A stretch of DNA of 33,369 bases from a virus. Shown one piece after another: positions 16,224-25,368 of the stretch (positions within the stretch are counted from its first letter, which is position 1; every line of letters begins with the position of its first letter). Both the position numbers and the translations under genes were made by a program. The stretch lies in the IMG/VR virus record IMGVR_UViG_3300025890_000010. The stretch is one strand, 5' to 3'. The notes beneath the pieces were generated by a model. The model did no database searches. It saw only the letters and a program-made list of their open reading frames with translations, and was not told the origin of the DNA.

Positions 16224-16958
16224 CTAAAACGGTACTGGCATTCCAATATATTTAAGTGCTCCAAGAGTACCCAATATGCCTGGATTGTTTGTTTGCGTTT
16301 GCGACTGTGGTGTAGGCGCTGCACCTAACGCAGCAAGTGGCGCGGATAGGCTTTGCATTGGGCTGTTTGAGTAGCCCGCGAAATCACCCCTAGCGGCGTC
16401 AATGAGTTGCTGTTGGAGCATTTGCTGTAGCAAGCCTTGTTGCATCATATCCTGGTTAAGCGTGCGACCAGTTGTAAATGCCTGGTTAGCCAAACCGCCT
16501 AACTGATTAGCTGCTGCAACTCTTTGCGCTCGATCAGTCATTGCGTTGCTCGTAGCAGTGTTAAAAGCATCACGTCGCATAGGCGCTATTAGGTTGCCTG
16601 CCATACGACCAAATTCAGCATTAGTAACACCTTCCGCAACGCCTTGCCTCGAACCGCCAAAAGCGTTTGCCCTTGTTGCTGCTGCGCCCATGTTGTTGAT
16701 CGCCATTTGCCTTTGTCGTTCAATATCGCTTTGCGTGCGGTCAATGACGTTTTGCGTGTACGGGTTCATGTAAGCGCCCACATTCAGCGGGGCTGCAATT
16801 GCTTGCTGCGTTGCGCCCATTGCACCCTGCAACCCAGTTGACGCAGCTTGATTTACGTTAAACCCTGGCTGCGGTTGCATAGGCGCTACTGTCATTGCGT
16901 TTGGCTGTTGATTTACTGGCTGTACTTGACCGCCGCCCTTTGATCCTTGGCCTGCCAT
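16224..16958 (-). CDS. Hypothetical Q/M/A-rich virion protein
   Basis: 244 aa. The start overlaps the upstream stop. Confidence 0.5.
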   Translation of the reverse strand: MAGQGSKGGGQVQPVNQQPNAMTVAPMQPQPGFNVNQAASTGLQGAMGATQQAIAAPLNVGAYMNPYTQNVIDRTQSDIERQRQMAINNMGAAATRANAFGGSRQGVAEGVTNAEFGRMAGNLIAPMRRDAFNTATSNAMTDRAQRVAAANQLGGLANQAFTTGRTLNQDMMQQGLLQQMLQQQLIDAARGDFAGYSNSPMQSLSAPLAALGAAPTPQSQTQTNNPGILGTLGALKYIGMPVPF

Positions 16959-18622
16959 TATGTTGTCACCTTTGCTGCTGCGATTTTTTCAATGTCTTTT
17001 AGTATTGCGCTACTTATGCCCGTTTTTTCTTGGAAGGTACTTAAATCTCCCCCAAATTTTGCCATGAAACTTTCGGCGTAGGCTCCCAAGTTTCCTTCAC
17101 GAGCCGCTTTATCTAAAACTTTTCTTGTGGCTTTCACGTTGCCTTTACCAGTTGGAATACCTTTACCCGCTAACGCAGCCTGCTCTGCCACTTCAGTTGT
17201 TGTTAATGTTCCAAACTGCCTTTCGAGAGCCATTATTTGATCCCCGGCTAAATTCGTGCCCTCGTCAAGCAAGGCTTGGCCGCCGACTGTCTCAATTGCG
17301 CTATTTAGCTCGCTTGCCCTACGTTGCGCTGAATTTTCAGTACTTGCAGTTCTAGCCGCTATTTCATCTGCAAGCCTTGCTTTAGCCTCTGGAGTTGCAG
17401 AGCCAAAAATGTTTGATAAAACACCCGGTTCAGGAGTTGTGTAGCCTGCCGCCGCCGCGAGAGCAGGGTCAACTTGGCCTGCGCCATAACCCACACTTAC
17501 GCTTGATCCAAAATCGTTTGTGAATGTATTGTTACGACCTTGCTTAGATGGGTCTGCGTAGGTTGAAAAATCATAGCCCTGCGTGCTTAATCCTAAGTTA
17601 AAATCACTTGCTGATCTTATGTCTGGGCCTTCTGTGTAAACCTCTGGGCTTACGCCGTAGGCTGCTTCCATTGCCTCCAAACCCTCTGCGCTTGGTTCAA
17701 GTGTACCGACAAATTGCCCTGTGCTTGGGCTTTTATAGGCTGGTCTACCATAATCATCAAAATAATTTATGTCAGGATTATAGAACTGATACTTTTGCCC
17801 TGGCACGTCTGGTATTTCAAAACCAGTGCCGATGAGGTTTGCGTTTAGTGCATCCAAATCTGTTTCTGCAATAGCATCGCCAGGTTGAGCGTCATTCAAC
17901 GGCACAATCGGAGGCGTGGTGTCAGGCCCAAATATACCAGGTATAAATCCTGGCTGAAACTCTGGCGGCGTATATGGGATCACTGGAACCTCTGGCACTG
18001 GTGGTGGTCCAGGTGGTATTACTGGAGGCACTACAGGTGGTATTACTACAGGTGGTATTAGGCCACCACCGCCACCACCGCCGCCACCGCCGCCACCGTT
18101 TCCACCGCCACCGTTTCCACCGCCGCCACCGTTTCCACCGCCGCCACCGTTTCCACCGCCGCCGCCGCCACCACCGTTTCCACCGCCGCCACCGCCGCCG
18201 TTGCCTGGGACACCTGGAACTACGCCAGGGGGTAGCGCAAATGGAGGACTGCCAGGGTCGATGAACATATCATTGATTGCAGAGAATTGGTCTGGTCGGT
18301 TATACGCAAAATCTGCCATTGACTGATTAAACAAAGGCGCGGCGCTGTAGGCTCTAATTCCGTTCGCGTATTCTGTTGGAGCGCCCATGCCGCCGTATAT
18401 GTCTGCGCCTGCCGGGGTGCCTAAACCAAAAGCATCAGCAGCTTGCGCCGTGTTGCCAAACGCAGACATCTGCATAGGCGTGAAAGCAGCCGTCGTTGCG
18501 CCAAAGCTTTGCGGAACGTAACCTAATTTAGAAATTATGTCTGCTCGCGCTAAATTTGCTTTTGCCGCATCCTCAATGTATTGAGGTATTTCAACCTGTG
18601 TCGTGCTGCCGCCCTTGCTCAT
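16958..18622 (-). CDS. Virion protein with a 48-residue Gly/Asn tract and a 35-residue Pro-rich tract (internal/ejection or tail protein candidate)
   Basis: 554 aa. Residues 140-187 are G/N only. Residues 188-222 read LIPPVVIPPVVPPVIPPGPPPVPEVPVIPYTPPEF. Confidence 0.55.
   Translation of the reverse strand: MSKGGSTTQVEIPQYIEDAAKANLARADIISKLGYVPQSFGATTAAFTPMQMSAFGNTAQAADAFGLGTPAGADIYGGMGAPTEYANGIRAYSAAPLFNQSMADFAYNRPDQFSAINDMFIDPGSPPFALPPGVVPGVPGNGGGGGGGNGGGGGGGGNGGGGGNGGGGGNGGGGNGGGGGGGGGGGGLIPPVVIPPVVPPVIPPGPPPVPEVPVIPYTPPEFQPGFIPGIFGPDTTPPIVPLNDAQPGDAIAETDLDALNANLIGTGFEIPDVPGQKYQFYNPDINYFDDYGRPAYKSPSTGQFVGTLEPSAEGLEAMEAAYGVSPEVYTEGPDIRSASDFNLGLSTQGYDFSTYADPSKQGRNNTFTNDFGSSVSVGYGAGQVDPALAAAAGYTTPEPGVLSNIFGSATPEAKARLADEIAARTASTENSAQRRASELNSAIETVGGQALLDEGTNLAGDQIMALERQFGTLTTTEVAEQAALAGKGIPTGKGNVKATRKVLDKAAREGNLGAYAESFMAKFGGDLSTFQEKTGISSAILKDIEKIAAAKVTT
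18062..18205. repeat. Imperfect tandem repeat (CCACCGCCGCCACCGTTT-type units) encoding the Gly/Asn tract
   Basis: The plus strand shows repeated CCACCGTTTCCACCGCCG units. This also creates the artefactual plus-strand ORF 17974..18264. Confidence 0.85.
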
Positions 18623-18982
18623 TTAAATCTCCTTGACGTAGGATGTGTGCATTGGCTCCCATCCGTGTTTTGCTAGTGGTTTTTTCCAACCAAAACGCCC
18701 GGTCATATTTAACGCCGTGCAGCCCTGCTGTTTTGCCCAACTTATTACATCCTCGTGCATGGTCAAAATTTCCGTGAGATCTCCACCACCTAGAAAAACA
18801 TTGAGCACCTTTTTCTTTGGATATTTTATGATCTCAGTGACCAAACAGCTTTTCTCGGCAGGCCATAGTTGCATGGTGCCGTTATGCAAGCCCTCGTAAA
18901 TATCAATAATGTCGTGGGTGCCGCCGCTATATTGTAAGGCTGCTTCTATGTGTGGCTTGCAACGCTCGAACTCCGGGTGCAT
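18623..18982 (-). CDS. Hypothetical conserved-looking phage protein
   Basis: The ATG at 18982 overlaps the upstream stop (TGATG). 119 aa. Confidence 0.55.
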   Translation of the reverse strand: MHPEFERCKPHIEAALQYSGGTHDIIDIYEGLHNGTMQLWPAEKSCLVTEIIKYPKKKVLNVFLGGGDLTEILTMHEDVISWAKQQGCTALNMTGRFGWKKPLAKHGWEPMHTSYVKEI

Positions 18983-19341
18983 CAAAAGGCACCGCCAGAC
19001 AAAGCTACGCGCTTCCAGATATTTGCACTTCCATCATGTGACGCCGTACAAACGTAAATGTAATTTGCATCCCAACTGACTAAACCCGCCGTATCGCCAG
19101 ACGCGCCAACGCTAGACGCAGGCACCGATTGCTTCACGACAACTTCCTTAAAAGCACCAGATTGGCTTATCACTGGCTTAACGGTAGAACGGTCAAACAT
19201 CAGATAACCGTTTTCTTTTGCGCTTTCACCGCCTGTTTGCTGAACAAGAGCAGACTGAGTACGATTTAAAAACACGTTTAAACGTCTGGCCCAATCCTTC
19301 CAATCTCCACCATACGGCTCTGGCGCTGCGTACTGGCTCAT
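18982..19341 (-). CDS. Hypothetical virion-associated protein
   Basis: 119 aa. Overlapping stop/start on both sides. Confidence 0.55.
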   Translation of the reverse strand: MSQYAAPEPYGGDWKDWARRLNVFLNRTQSALVQQTGGESAKENGYLMFDRSTVKPVISQSGAFKEVVVKQSVPASSVGASGDTAGLVSWDANYIYVCTASHDGSANIWKRVALSGGAF

Positions 19342-20819
19342 CTGCGCCCTCCGGCTACCGCGTCAACTCTGTTTATTCCCACACGCCAATCGGTTAACTT
19401 TTGCCCCTCAACCCTTAAACGCAACTGTCTACCAGTAAACCTGACGCTCGTGGGGTTAGTAAGGGAGAAGGGGCCGTAGCTGCGCTCAGTGCCGTTGGGG
19501 TAAAACCTTGACTTAAATATCGCGTTGACGTCGCCTTGGTTTTTCTCATCTGGGATCAACTCAGTAACGCTAATGACATTATCGCCAGTGCCAATCCTAA
19601 ACGGTCCAGTTTCAGCAAAAGGCGTAAGCGTGCCGTAATCAAAGCCAACTTCATGTTCGTAAATGTACATATCACTAGCATCAGCAAGCATGGGCTGTCT
19701 AAACGCGCCTCGATCTGCGCCTGCTGTACGGTCAAGCTCTCCGATATACCAAGTGTTTTCTGAGTAGTTATAAACAACGTATCGGTCATTTTCTGTAGAG
19801 CCGCTAGATGGGTAGTACCACCAAATCTCGTTATACAAGCTATTAGATACGCCAAACACCTTGCTTATTTGCGCTTTGTTTATGTCGTTAAATACGTAAT
19901 CAGAAACTTCGCTATTTAGTTCTGCAACTGAGCTACCATTATACGCAAAAAATGAGTTTACCCCCATCCACACCGCGCCTTGATCGACAACCACGCAAGC
20001 TAATGCAGCCGCCAAACCGCAAGCAGTACCAACGCGCTCTATCCCATAAACATACGGTGGGCCTTGGTATGTTGCGAAATGCGCATCTCTGCTTGTTAAG
20101 ATTAAAGAACCACCACGCACGTTTACACCCGCCATAATCGTGCCAGTAGTCGCAAGCTCTAAATCACCGGCCTCATTTGTCGTGGCAGGCGTCCATGTGT
20201 TGTTATCTTCCCGATCTGACCATTGCACCTTTCTAGGATTGCCGCCTGCACCCAACGCAAAAACAAATCTTTCCTCAGTAACAAGGATTGCTTCGTTACC
20301 AGTTGGGGCATTGCTTAGTAGCGCAGCGGGGGTGCCAGTGTTCAAGGCCCACTCATATATTTTACCGTCATCTGCATTTTGAGCTAACAGATTTTGACCC
20401 CAAGGCTGTAAATTCCACACCGTTGCAGGCTGTATGTTTGTTGTGTCTTGTCTTGCTACGCCGTAAGCCAGGGAGCCATAAAAGCCAGAACCGTATGCAG
20501 TAAAGGCGGCTGCATCCTCTCGACCCGCGCTTAACCCAGCTGGCGTAATGTCATACTTCACGCCTGCGTTGGTGTAAGCAAAAAGCTTGTTGTAAGTGCC
20601 AGACGCTATGTATCGGTTGCTACTATTATCTGTCCAAGCAAGCATACCTCTAAGTTTGTTAGGTGCAGCAGAGGTAGATTTCTTACGCCAACCGCCAATG
20701 GGGCGCATCAAACCGTCATGCCACCTGACAAGGTTAACGTCGCGCCAACGCCCTTCGCCCTGCAAATCCGTTCCGTTTCGATATACTCCGGGTGGGATTT
20801 TAAGGTCTACAAGTGCCAT
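19338..20819 (-). CDS. Large tail structural protein candidate
   Basis: 493 aa. N-terminus MALVDLKIPPGVYRNGTDLQGEGRWRDVNLVRW. Located after the tail-fibre genes. Confidence 0.4.
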   Translation of the reverse strand: MALVDLKIPPGVYRNGTDLQGEGRWRDVNLVRWHDGLMRPIGGWRKKSTSAAPNKLRGMLAWTDNSSNRYIASGTYNKLFAYTNAGVKYDITPAGLSAGREDAAAFTAYGSGFYGSLAYGVARQDTTNIQPATVWNLQPWGQNLLAQNADDGKIYEWALNTGTPAALLSNAPTGNEAILVTEERFVFALGAGGNPRKVQWSDREDNNTWTPATTNEAGDLELATTGTIMAGVNVRGGSLILTSRDAHFATYQGPPYVYGIERVGTACGLAAALACVVVDQGAVWMGVNSFFAYNGSSVAELNSEVSDYVFNDINKAQISKVFGVSNSLYNEIWWYYPSSGSTENDRYVVYNYSENTWYIGELDRTAGADRGAFRQPMLADASDMYIYEHEVGFDYGTLTPFAETGPFRIGTGDNVISVTELIPDEKNQGDVNAIFKSRFYPNGTERSYGPFSLTNPTSVRFTGRQLRLRVEGQKLTDWRVGINRVDAVAGGRR

Positions 20820-20861
20820 ACGCGCCTCACAACATTGCTACACCTACAAAATAACATAGTA

Positions 20862-20877
20862 TCTAGTACTTGTATAA
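20862..20877 (+). promoter_or_regulatory. Copy of the recurrent 16-mer (TCTAGTACTTGTATAA)
   Basis: Lies in the 58-bp gap, 42 nt upstream (minus-strand sense) of the ATG at 20819. Confidence 0.5.
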
Positions 20878-21378
20878 TTACGGCGCGGTAGGCCAATCGG
20901 CATCTTCCAAGTTAGGCCAGTTGTCATGCGCTGTAATATCTCGCAAGGCTTGGCGATACGTTGTCATTTCGCTAGACATTGTTACGTCTGACATGCCATG
21001 CCAATCAGTCTCTGCAAGCTTGCTGTCTCTAGTTGCTCTGTGACCTTCAGCAGTGTTAGCATCTAGAGTTGACTGATACGCAGCCTCATGTTGAGCTTTT
21101 GTAGTCGTTACGCCATCGTCATCCGTAGTGTCAGCGAACATGTCACGAGCTACAAAGCGCTCCACCCAATCACCGTTTGCATTTTGTTCAACACCATCAC
21201 GAGCAGATGTTTGGTATGCTGTTGTCGTAGCGGCAGGGCTTGCCAGTACTGGGTCAATGTTCATTGCGTCACAGACGTTGCTTGTCCACACCCTAGGCAA
21301 AGACATATTAGGAAATGCTGCTCTCCACTCGCCTTGCGATTTAACTTCGCCTGTTGTTCTTTCTCTGTATTCTGACAT
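20878..21378 (-). CDS. Tail-fibre assembly/chaperone-like protein
   Basis: The C-terminal pattern RDSKLAETDW...YRQALRDITAHDNWPN...DWPTAP resembles the phage tail assembly chaperone domain. It lies directly downstream of the fibre gene. Confidence 0.55.
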   Translation of the reverse strand: MSEYRERTTGEVKSQGEWRAAFPNMSLPRVWTSNVCDAMNIDPVLASPAATTTAYQTSARDGVEQNANGDWVERFVARDMFADTTDDDGVTTTKAQHEAAYQSTLDANTAEGHRATRDSKLAETDWHGMSDVTMSSEMTTYRQALRDITAHDNWPNLEDADWPTAP

Positions 21379-21408
21379 TAGTTGATACTCCTTTTTGTCA
21401 GTTGATTG

Positions 21409-23346
21409 TTATGCTATTGCGTAAAAAAGAATGGTAGCCCCTCCTGCAAAATTTAAACCACCACCATTTTTTACTTTAAAACCACTGGCGTGAGGTTCAA
21501 TATTATTACCATCTGTTGCTGCTGCATCAGTAGTATTCAACTCTAAAAATTGATCACTGCCAGTTGAAATTCCACGACCTACATCAAAAATAAACCAGTT
21601 ATCCCAATTAGCAGATCCACTAGTAGTACGTTTTAAAAGCACAAACCTTGCTCCTGCTGAAAAGCCACAATCAACTATTAAATCTGAAGAGCTTGTTGAA
21701 AATGTACCAACTTTACTGACACCTGGGCAAGTAGCAAACAATAGGGCTATTGGTTTAGAATATGGGTTTGACACAAGACCTGTGACATTTAGATCGGTGT
21801 CCGTTGTACTTGCCATATAATCAGTACTATTTATTATACCACCATTGGTATTAAGTGTCATAAGCTGACCACCTGTTGTTGCACTGTTATATACATACCA
21901 AGAGTCTGAAGTTCCTCTATACTTCAAAATAACTAAATCTGGTTTGACCCCTAGATTATGCTTGACTGAATTAAGAGTTCCTGATGCCCCCTCCCAAGTT
22001 ACCACATCAAAAAAACCTGGTGCACGCTTCCACATCCATGCTGTATAACTTCCACCTGATCCACGTTCCCACACACCATTATTATAATCCCAAAGCATGC
22101 TGTTGCTGTTAAGTTCAGCAGCAGTTGTGTTTGTTGACATATACTTTGTGCCTACTAGTCTTGAGTTAGAAAGCCAATCGCCACTAGAACCTGGTACTTT
22201 TGCAATCATGTGATCTGTAACAAAATTAGATTCAAAAGCAGGTTGACCTACCACGTTTGCTTGCGCAGCATCAATAGCAAAAACCTTTGTCGCATCATCT
22301 GGCACATTTAGACTGCCTCTGCGTAGTGCCATGAAGATAAAAGTTTGACTTGCAGCAATATAACCATCGTGAAAAAAACCAGTTGAAGTAGGAACAATAC
22401 CTGACGTACCTCCTGTTGAAGATTCAGCACCACTTGTGTCTGCATAAAGACGAGCATTTTCTACAGGATTATCGTGATACATACCTCTTATAGTATCCAG
22501 TAAATACCAGTTTGACGTTGCAGTTGAACATTTTACAAGCACAAATTGAGGTTCAAAACCTAAATTAACAGTAGCATCTCCATTTCCATCAGTATTATAA
22601 CTCCCACACTTAATAATATCTTGGTCACTATCAGGGCCGAACCCACCGTCATTGTTGTTGTGAGCAAAAACATACATTACATATGTAGAGCCAGTAGCAT
22701 TTACGCCACTATCAGAACCAAGCGTAACTGTTGTTGAAGATGGGGTAGTGTTATTCCAAAAAATGCCACCGTCAGAATAAGCTGGAGAAGTGTTATTTAT
22801 CTGTAAATATTTATTGTTTGCAATACCTCTGTGCCAACATATCCAGTTGTTAGAAGTATTAGTTCTTTTTACCCAAACTTGGCCTACTGCACACCCTAGA
22901 TTATGGCTTATCGTTCTACCTGCTGTTGAATTTCCTGAGTATGTAATACACTGAAAAAATTTAGGGGCTTTGCGAAATGTCCAAGAAACCACGTCTTCAT
23001 TATTAAAGAACGAGTGAGAAAGATCAGAAACAAAACCATTAGAGTTAAAAGAACTTACACCAGATGGTATACCTGCTGACGGATTAGCTGTCCATTCTGC
23101 ATAAGTATTACTTGCGTCTAACCCTTTTCCTGCACCTCGTGCAGTATCTGTTAGCCTATGATTGTCAGCTACACTTCTAGTCTTAGTCCAAACCAAGCCA
23201 CCTTCACCACTTAGGTCAATGTTGTTTGTAATCGTTTGCGTAGAGCTATTACCAGTGTATAAATAAGTGCTAAACACGTCATCTATATCAAGAGTTGCAC
23301 CACCTGCACTAGAGGCCGCTGCCGCTACTATTTTAGAAGCTGTCAT
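21409..23346 (-). CDS. Tail fibre / receptor-binding protein with 5-6 internal domain repeats
   Basis: 645 aa. Repeated units include WTFRKAPKFFQCITYSGNSTAGRTISHNLGCAVGQVWVKRTNTSNNW, WMWKRAPGFFDVVTWEGASGTLNSVKHNLGVKPDLVILKYRGTSDSW, the CGSYNTDGNGDATVNLGFEPQFVLVKCSTATSNW unit and the VGTFSTSSSDLIVDCGFSAGARFVLLKRTTSGSANW unit. Confidence 0.65.
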   Translation of the reverse strand: MTASKIVAAAASSAGGATLDIDDVFSTYLYTGNSSTQTITNNIDLSGEGGLVWTKTRSVADNHRLTDTARGAGKGLDASNTYAEWTANPSAGIPSGVSSFNSNGFVSDLSHSFFNNEDVVSWTFRKAPKFFQCITYSGNSTAGRTISHNLGCAVGQVWVKRTNTSNNWICWHRGIANNKYLQINNTSPAYSDGGIFWNNTTPSSTTVTLGSDSGVNATGSTYVMYVFAHNNNDGGFGPDSDQDIIKCGSYNTDGNGDATVNLGFEPQFVLVKCSTATSNWYLLDTIRGMYHDNPVENARLYADTSGAESSTGGTSGIVPTSTGFFHDGYIAASQTFIFMALRRGSLNVPDDATKVFAIDAAQANVVGQPAFESNFVTDHMIAKVPGSSGDWLSNSRLVGTKYMSTNTTAAELNSNSMLWDYNNGVWERGSGGSYTAWMWKRAPGFFDVVTWEGASGTLNSVKHNLGVKPDLVILKYRGTSDSWYVYNSATTGGQLMTLNTNGGIINSTDYMASTTDTDLNVTGLVSNPYSKPIALLFATCPGVSKVGTFSTSSSDLIVDCGFSAGARFVLLKRTTSGSANWDNWFIFDVGRGISTGSDQFLELNTTDAAATDGNNIEPHASGFKVKNGGGLNFAGGATILFYAIA

Positions 23347-23350
23347 AGTA

Positions 23351-24205
23351 TTATCCCATCGCCTGACCTAGAGTGAAGCCATAATAATTACTGCCCCCAT
23401 CAACCGTAATAAACGCAAATACATCAACGCCGCCTGACGTAGCAGTCAAAGTTGGCGCTGTGGCTGCTGCCCAATCAACGCTAGGCCAAGTGATTGTTCT
23501 TGCGCTACTGTCTTGCGTAACCTTCAAGATAAACGCTGAAGCTCTGCCAGATGCGGCAGGGTTGCTAAACGTGTAGGTTACATTCTCAGAGAGGGTGTGC
23601 GTAAACACGTTGCCATCTCTTAGGTTTATTGTAGCTGCGTTGGAGCTAGAGGTTACTACTGTGCTTTCCTCAGTTGTGCCGTTGTCAAAACTTACAACAC
23701 CGTTAGCATCTGCTGTTACTACCGCGCTTGCATTTGTTAACCCTAGAGCGTTTGGCAGTGCCACTTCATATGTTGCGCTTGCGCTGTGCGGTGGGCTTGC
23801 AAGAGTTACGCCGTGGCTGTTGTTCTCACAGTTGAGCACAATCTTACCTGAGTTAGTGTTGCCTCGCACAACCACCTTGCCCGTGCCGTTGGGTGCTAGG
23901 TCAAGGTCTGCGTTGGATGTGGTAACAAGGTCAAAGCCATTTGTGCTAAGATTAGCCGCAAGGCCAGTGCTTAGATTTAGCGTCGTGCCAACCACCGTGG
24001 TAAACGCGCCAGTGCTTGCTGAGTTTGCGCCGATGGGCGTGCCATCAATAGAACCTGAGTTTATGTCTATGCCAGTGACCGGGGTTGTGCCGTCTAGAAG
24101 ATCATCAATCGCATCTAGGTTGCTGTTGATGTAACCACCCCAGGCGTCCTCATCTCCCCCAACGGTAGGCTTTTGTAATGAATAAGTTGTGGTGTTAGTT
24201 GGCAT
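23351..24205 (-). CDS. Tail fibre protein
   Basis: The N-terminus YSLQKPTVGGDEDAWGGYINSNLDAIDDLLDG is a pattern common at tail-fibre N-termini. The rest of the protein is T/S/A/N-rich. Confidence 0.55.
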   Translation of the reverse strand: MPTNTTTYSLQKPTVGGDEDAWGGYINSNLDAIDDLLDGTTPVTGIDINSGSIDGTPIGANSASTGAFTTVVGTTLNLSTGLAANLSTNGFDLVTTSNADLDLAPNGTGKVVVRGNTNSGKIVLNCENNSHGVTLASPPHSASATYEVALPNALGLTNASAVVTADANGVVSFDNGTTEESTVVTSSSNAATINLRDGNVFTHTLSENVTYTFSNPAASGRASAFILKVTQDSSARTITWPSVDWAAATAPTLTATSGGVDVFAFITVDGGSNYYGFTLGQAMG

Positions 24206-24320
24206 AAATAAACTCCTCAGTTACGTTTTTGCTACGCACACTTTTCCATCAATGTAAGGGAAACAAGCGGCCTAGCTCGTTAACGCGACTATCGCACAGT
24301 TTGGCTGTAGCTCCAAAAAA

Positions 24321-24980
24321 TCATGCGGCGCGTGAATCTGTGATCGGCGTCCAGGTTTCGCTTGTGGTTGCAACTGGCGTCCACGTTTCCGGCGTGCCTG
24401 CAATGGGCTCCCACTTCTCTATGGCAGAGCTTGATAACGTAAGCGCAATGGTTGAGGTTGAACTGCTTAACAAGACACGCTGAACGGACGTAGATATTGA
24501 CAAAGAAAGGGCTAAATTCACAGCCCCAACAACGTCAAACACACCGCTTGCAGTTGTGGTTGCAGATGGGCTAATCGAGGCGGCTACATTTCGCGTTAAA
24601 CCTGCGGTGGCTGTCATAGACGCAGCAATAGCAATCGTAGCCGTGCTTTGCTCTATGCTGTCGTTACGGCCATAAATATTGGTGCCATACGTTCTAAGAC
24701 CATACCCAGGTCTAAACCCATCAGAGGCAACGTACTCCTCGGCAACGCTAACTGTCGCGCTCTGTAATGTAATTGTGGCGCTTGCATCATTAACTGTGTC
24801 TGGATCAACCACGCTCACAGATAAGGCACACGCAATAGCTGCCGCGCCATCCCTTACAACTTGCGCGGAACAGGCAAGACTAAGCGCAGGCGTTACAGTA
24901 GCGGCGGCGTCAATCGCACCAGTAACACCATACAACCCACTGCCATATAAGTCGGCACCATATGATGCGCGATAAGCCAC
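24321..24980 (-). CDS. Ala/Ser/Thr-rich fibre-like structural protein
   Basis: 219 aa. C-terminal ETWTP repeats (TPETWTPVATTSETWTPI). Confidence 0.45.
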   Translation of the reverse strand: MAYRASYGADLYGSGLYGVTGAIDAAATVTPALSLACSAQVVRDGAAAIACALSVSVVDPDTVNDASATITLQSATVSVAEEYVASDGFRPGYGLRTYGTNIYGRNDSIEQSTATIAIAASMTATAGLTRNVAASISPSATTTASGVFDVVGAVNLALSLSISTSVQRVLLSSSTSTIALTLSSSAIEKWEPIAGTPETWTPVATTSETWTPITDSRAA

Positions 24981-25366
24981 TAGTCTAGCGTAATATCTAG
25001 ATCGCCGGTTGGAATGCGGAACACATCCCCAGTTGCAATGGCCTTGCTTGCAGATAACGCAGAGTAAGCAATCAAGTTGCCGCTTGTGCTTGCGTCAAAA
25101 ACGCCAATATGCGTTACGGTGCCAAAACTAGCGGTAGCCGTCGGAAACTCTATCGCTGCGTTGTTAGTTGCCAAGTTGCCAGACACAGTAAACGCGACTG
25201 TGCGCCTCGCATACGCAGTGCCAGAAGTAGAAACCTCTGTGCCGCTACCATCTTCAGCCGGATTGCTCGTGAATAGCGCCACATACCAAGCTGTCGGCCT
25301 TGTTACGCTTGTTGCAGTAAACACGTAGTTTAAAACGTGCGTTTCAAAAGTATTGCTAAAACTCAT
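24980..25366 (-). CDS. Small conserved-looking virion protein
   Basis: 128 aa. Start/stop overlap with neighbouring genes. Confidence 0.5.
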   Translation of the reverse strand: MSFSNTFETHVLNYVFTATSVTRPTAWYVALFTSNPAEDGSGTEVSTSGTAYARRTVAFTVSGNLATNNAAIEFPTATASFGTVTHIGVFDASTSGNLIAYSALSASKAIATGDVFRIPTGDLDITLD

Positions 25367-25368
25367 GG

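Noticed and set aside
18062-18205. Tandem repeat array considered as a possible CRISPR-like or satellite element
   Set aside because: The units are 9-18 bp with no unique spacers, and the array lies in frame within a long CDS. It is a coding low-complexity repeat.
17974-18264. 96-aa plus-strand ORF rich in RHRRH repeats
   Set aside because: It is an artefact of reading the Gly-codon tandem repeat on the opposite strand.
23595-24134. 179-aa plus-strand ORF; similar ORFs at 14467..14862, 24679..24975, 25077..25328 and 27284..27676
   Set aside because: They are antisense to Ala/Thr/Ser-rich structural genes, whose codon bias keeps the opposite strand open. They have no RBS and no independent support.
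21409-24980. Diversity-generating retroelement or invertible (Gin/Cin-type) tail-fibre segment
   Set aside because: There is no reverse transcriptase anywhere. No template/variable repeat pair or flanking inverted repeats were seen. The only recombinase-like gene is 18 kb away and looks degenerate. The short repeat GGCGTCCA(G/C)GTTTC at about 24345 and 24375 just encodes the ETWTP repeats.
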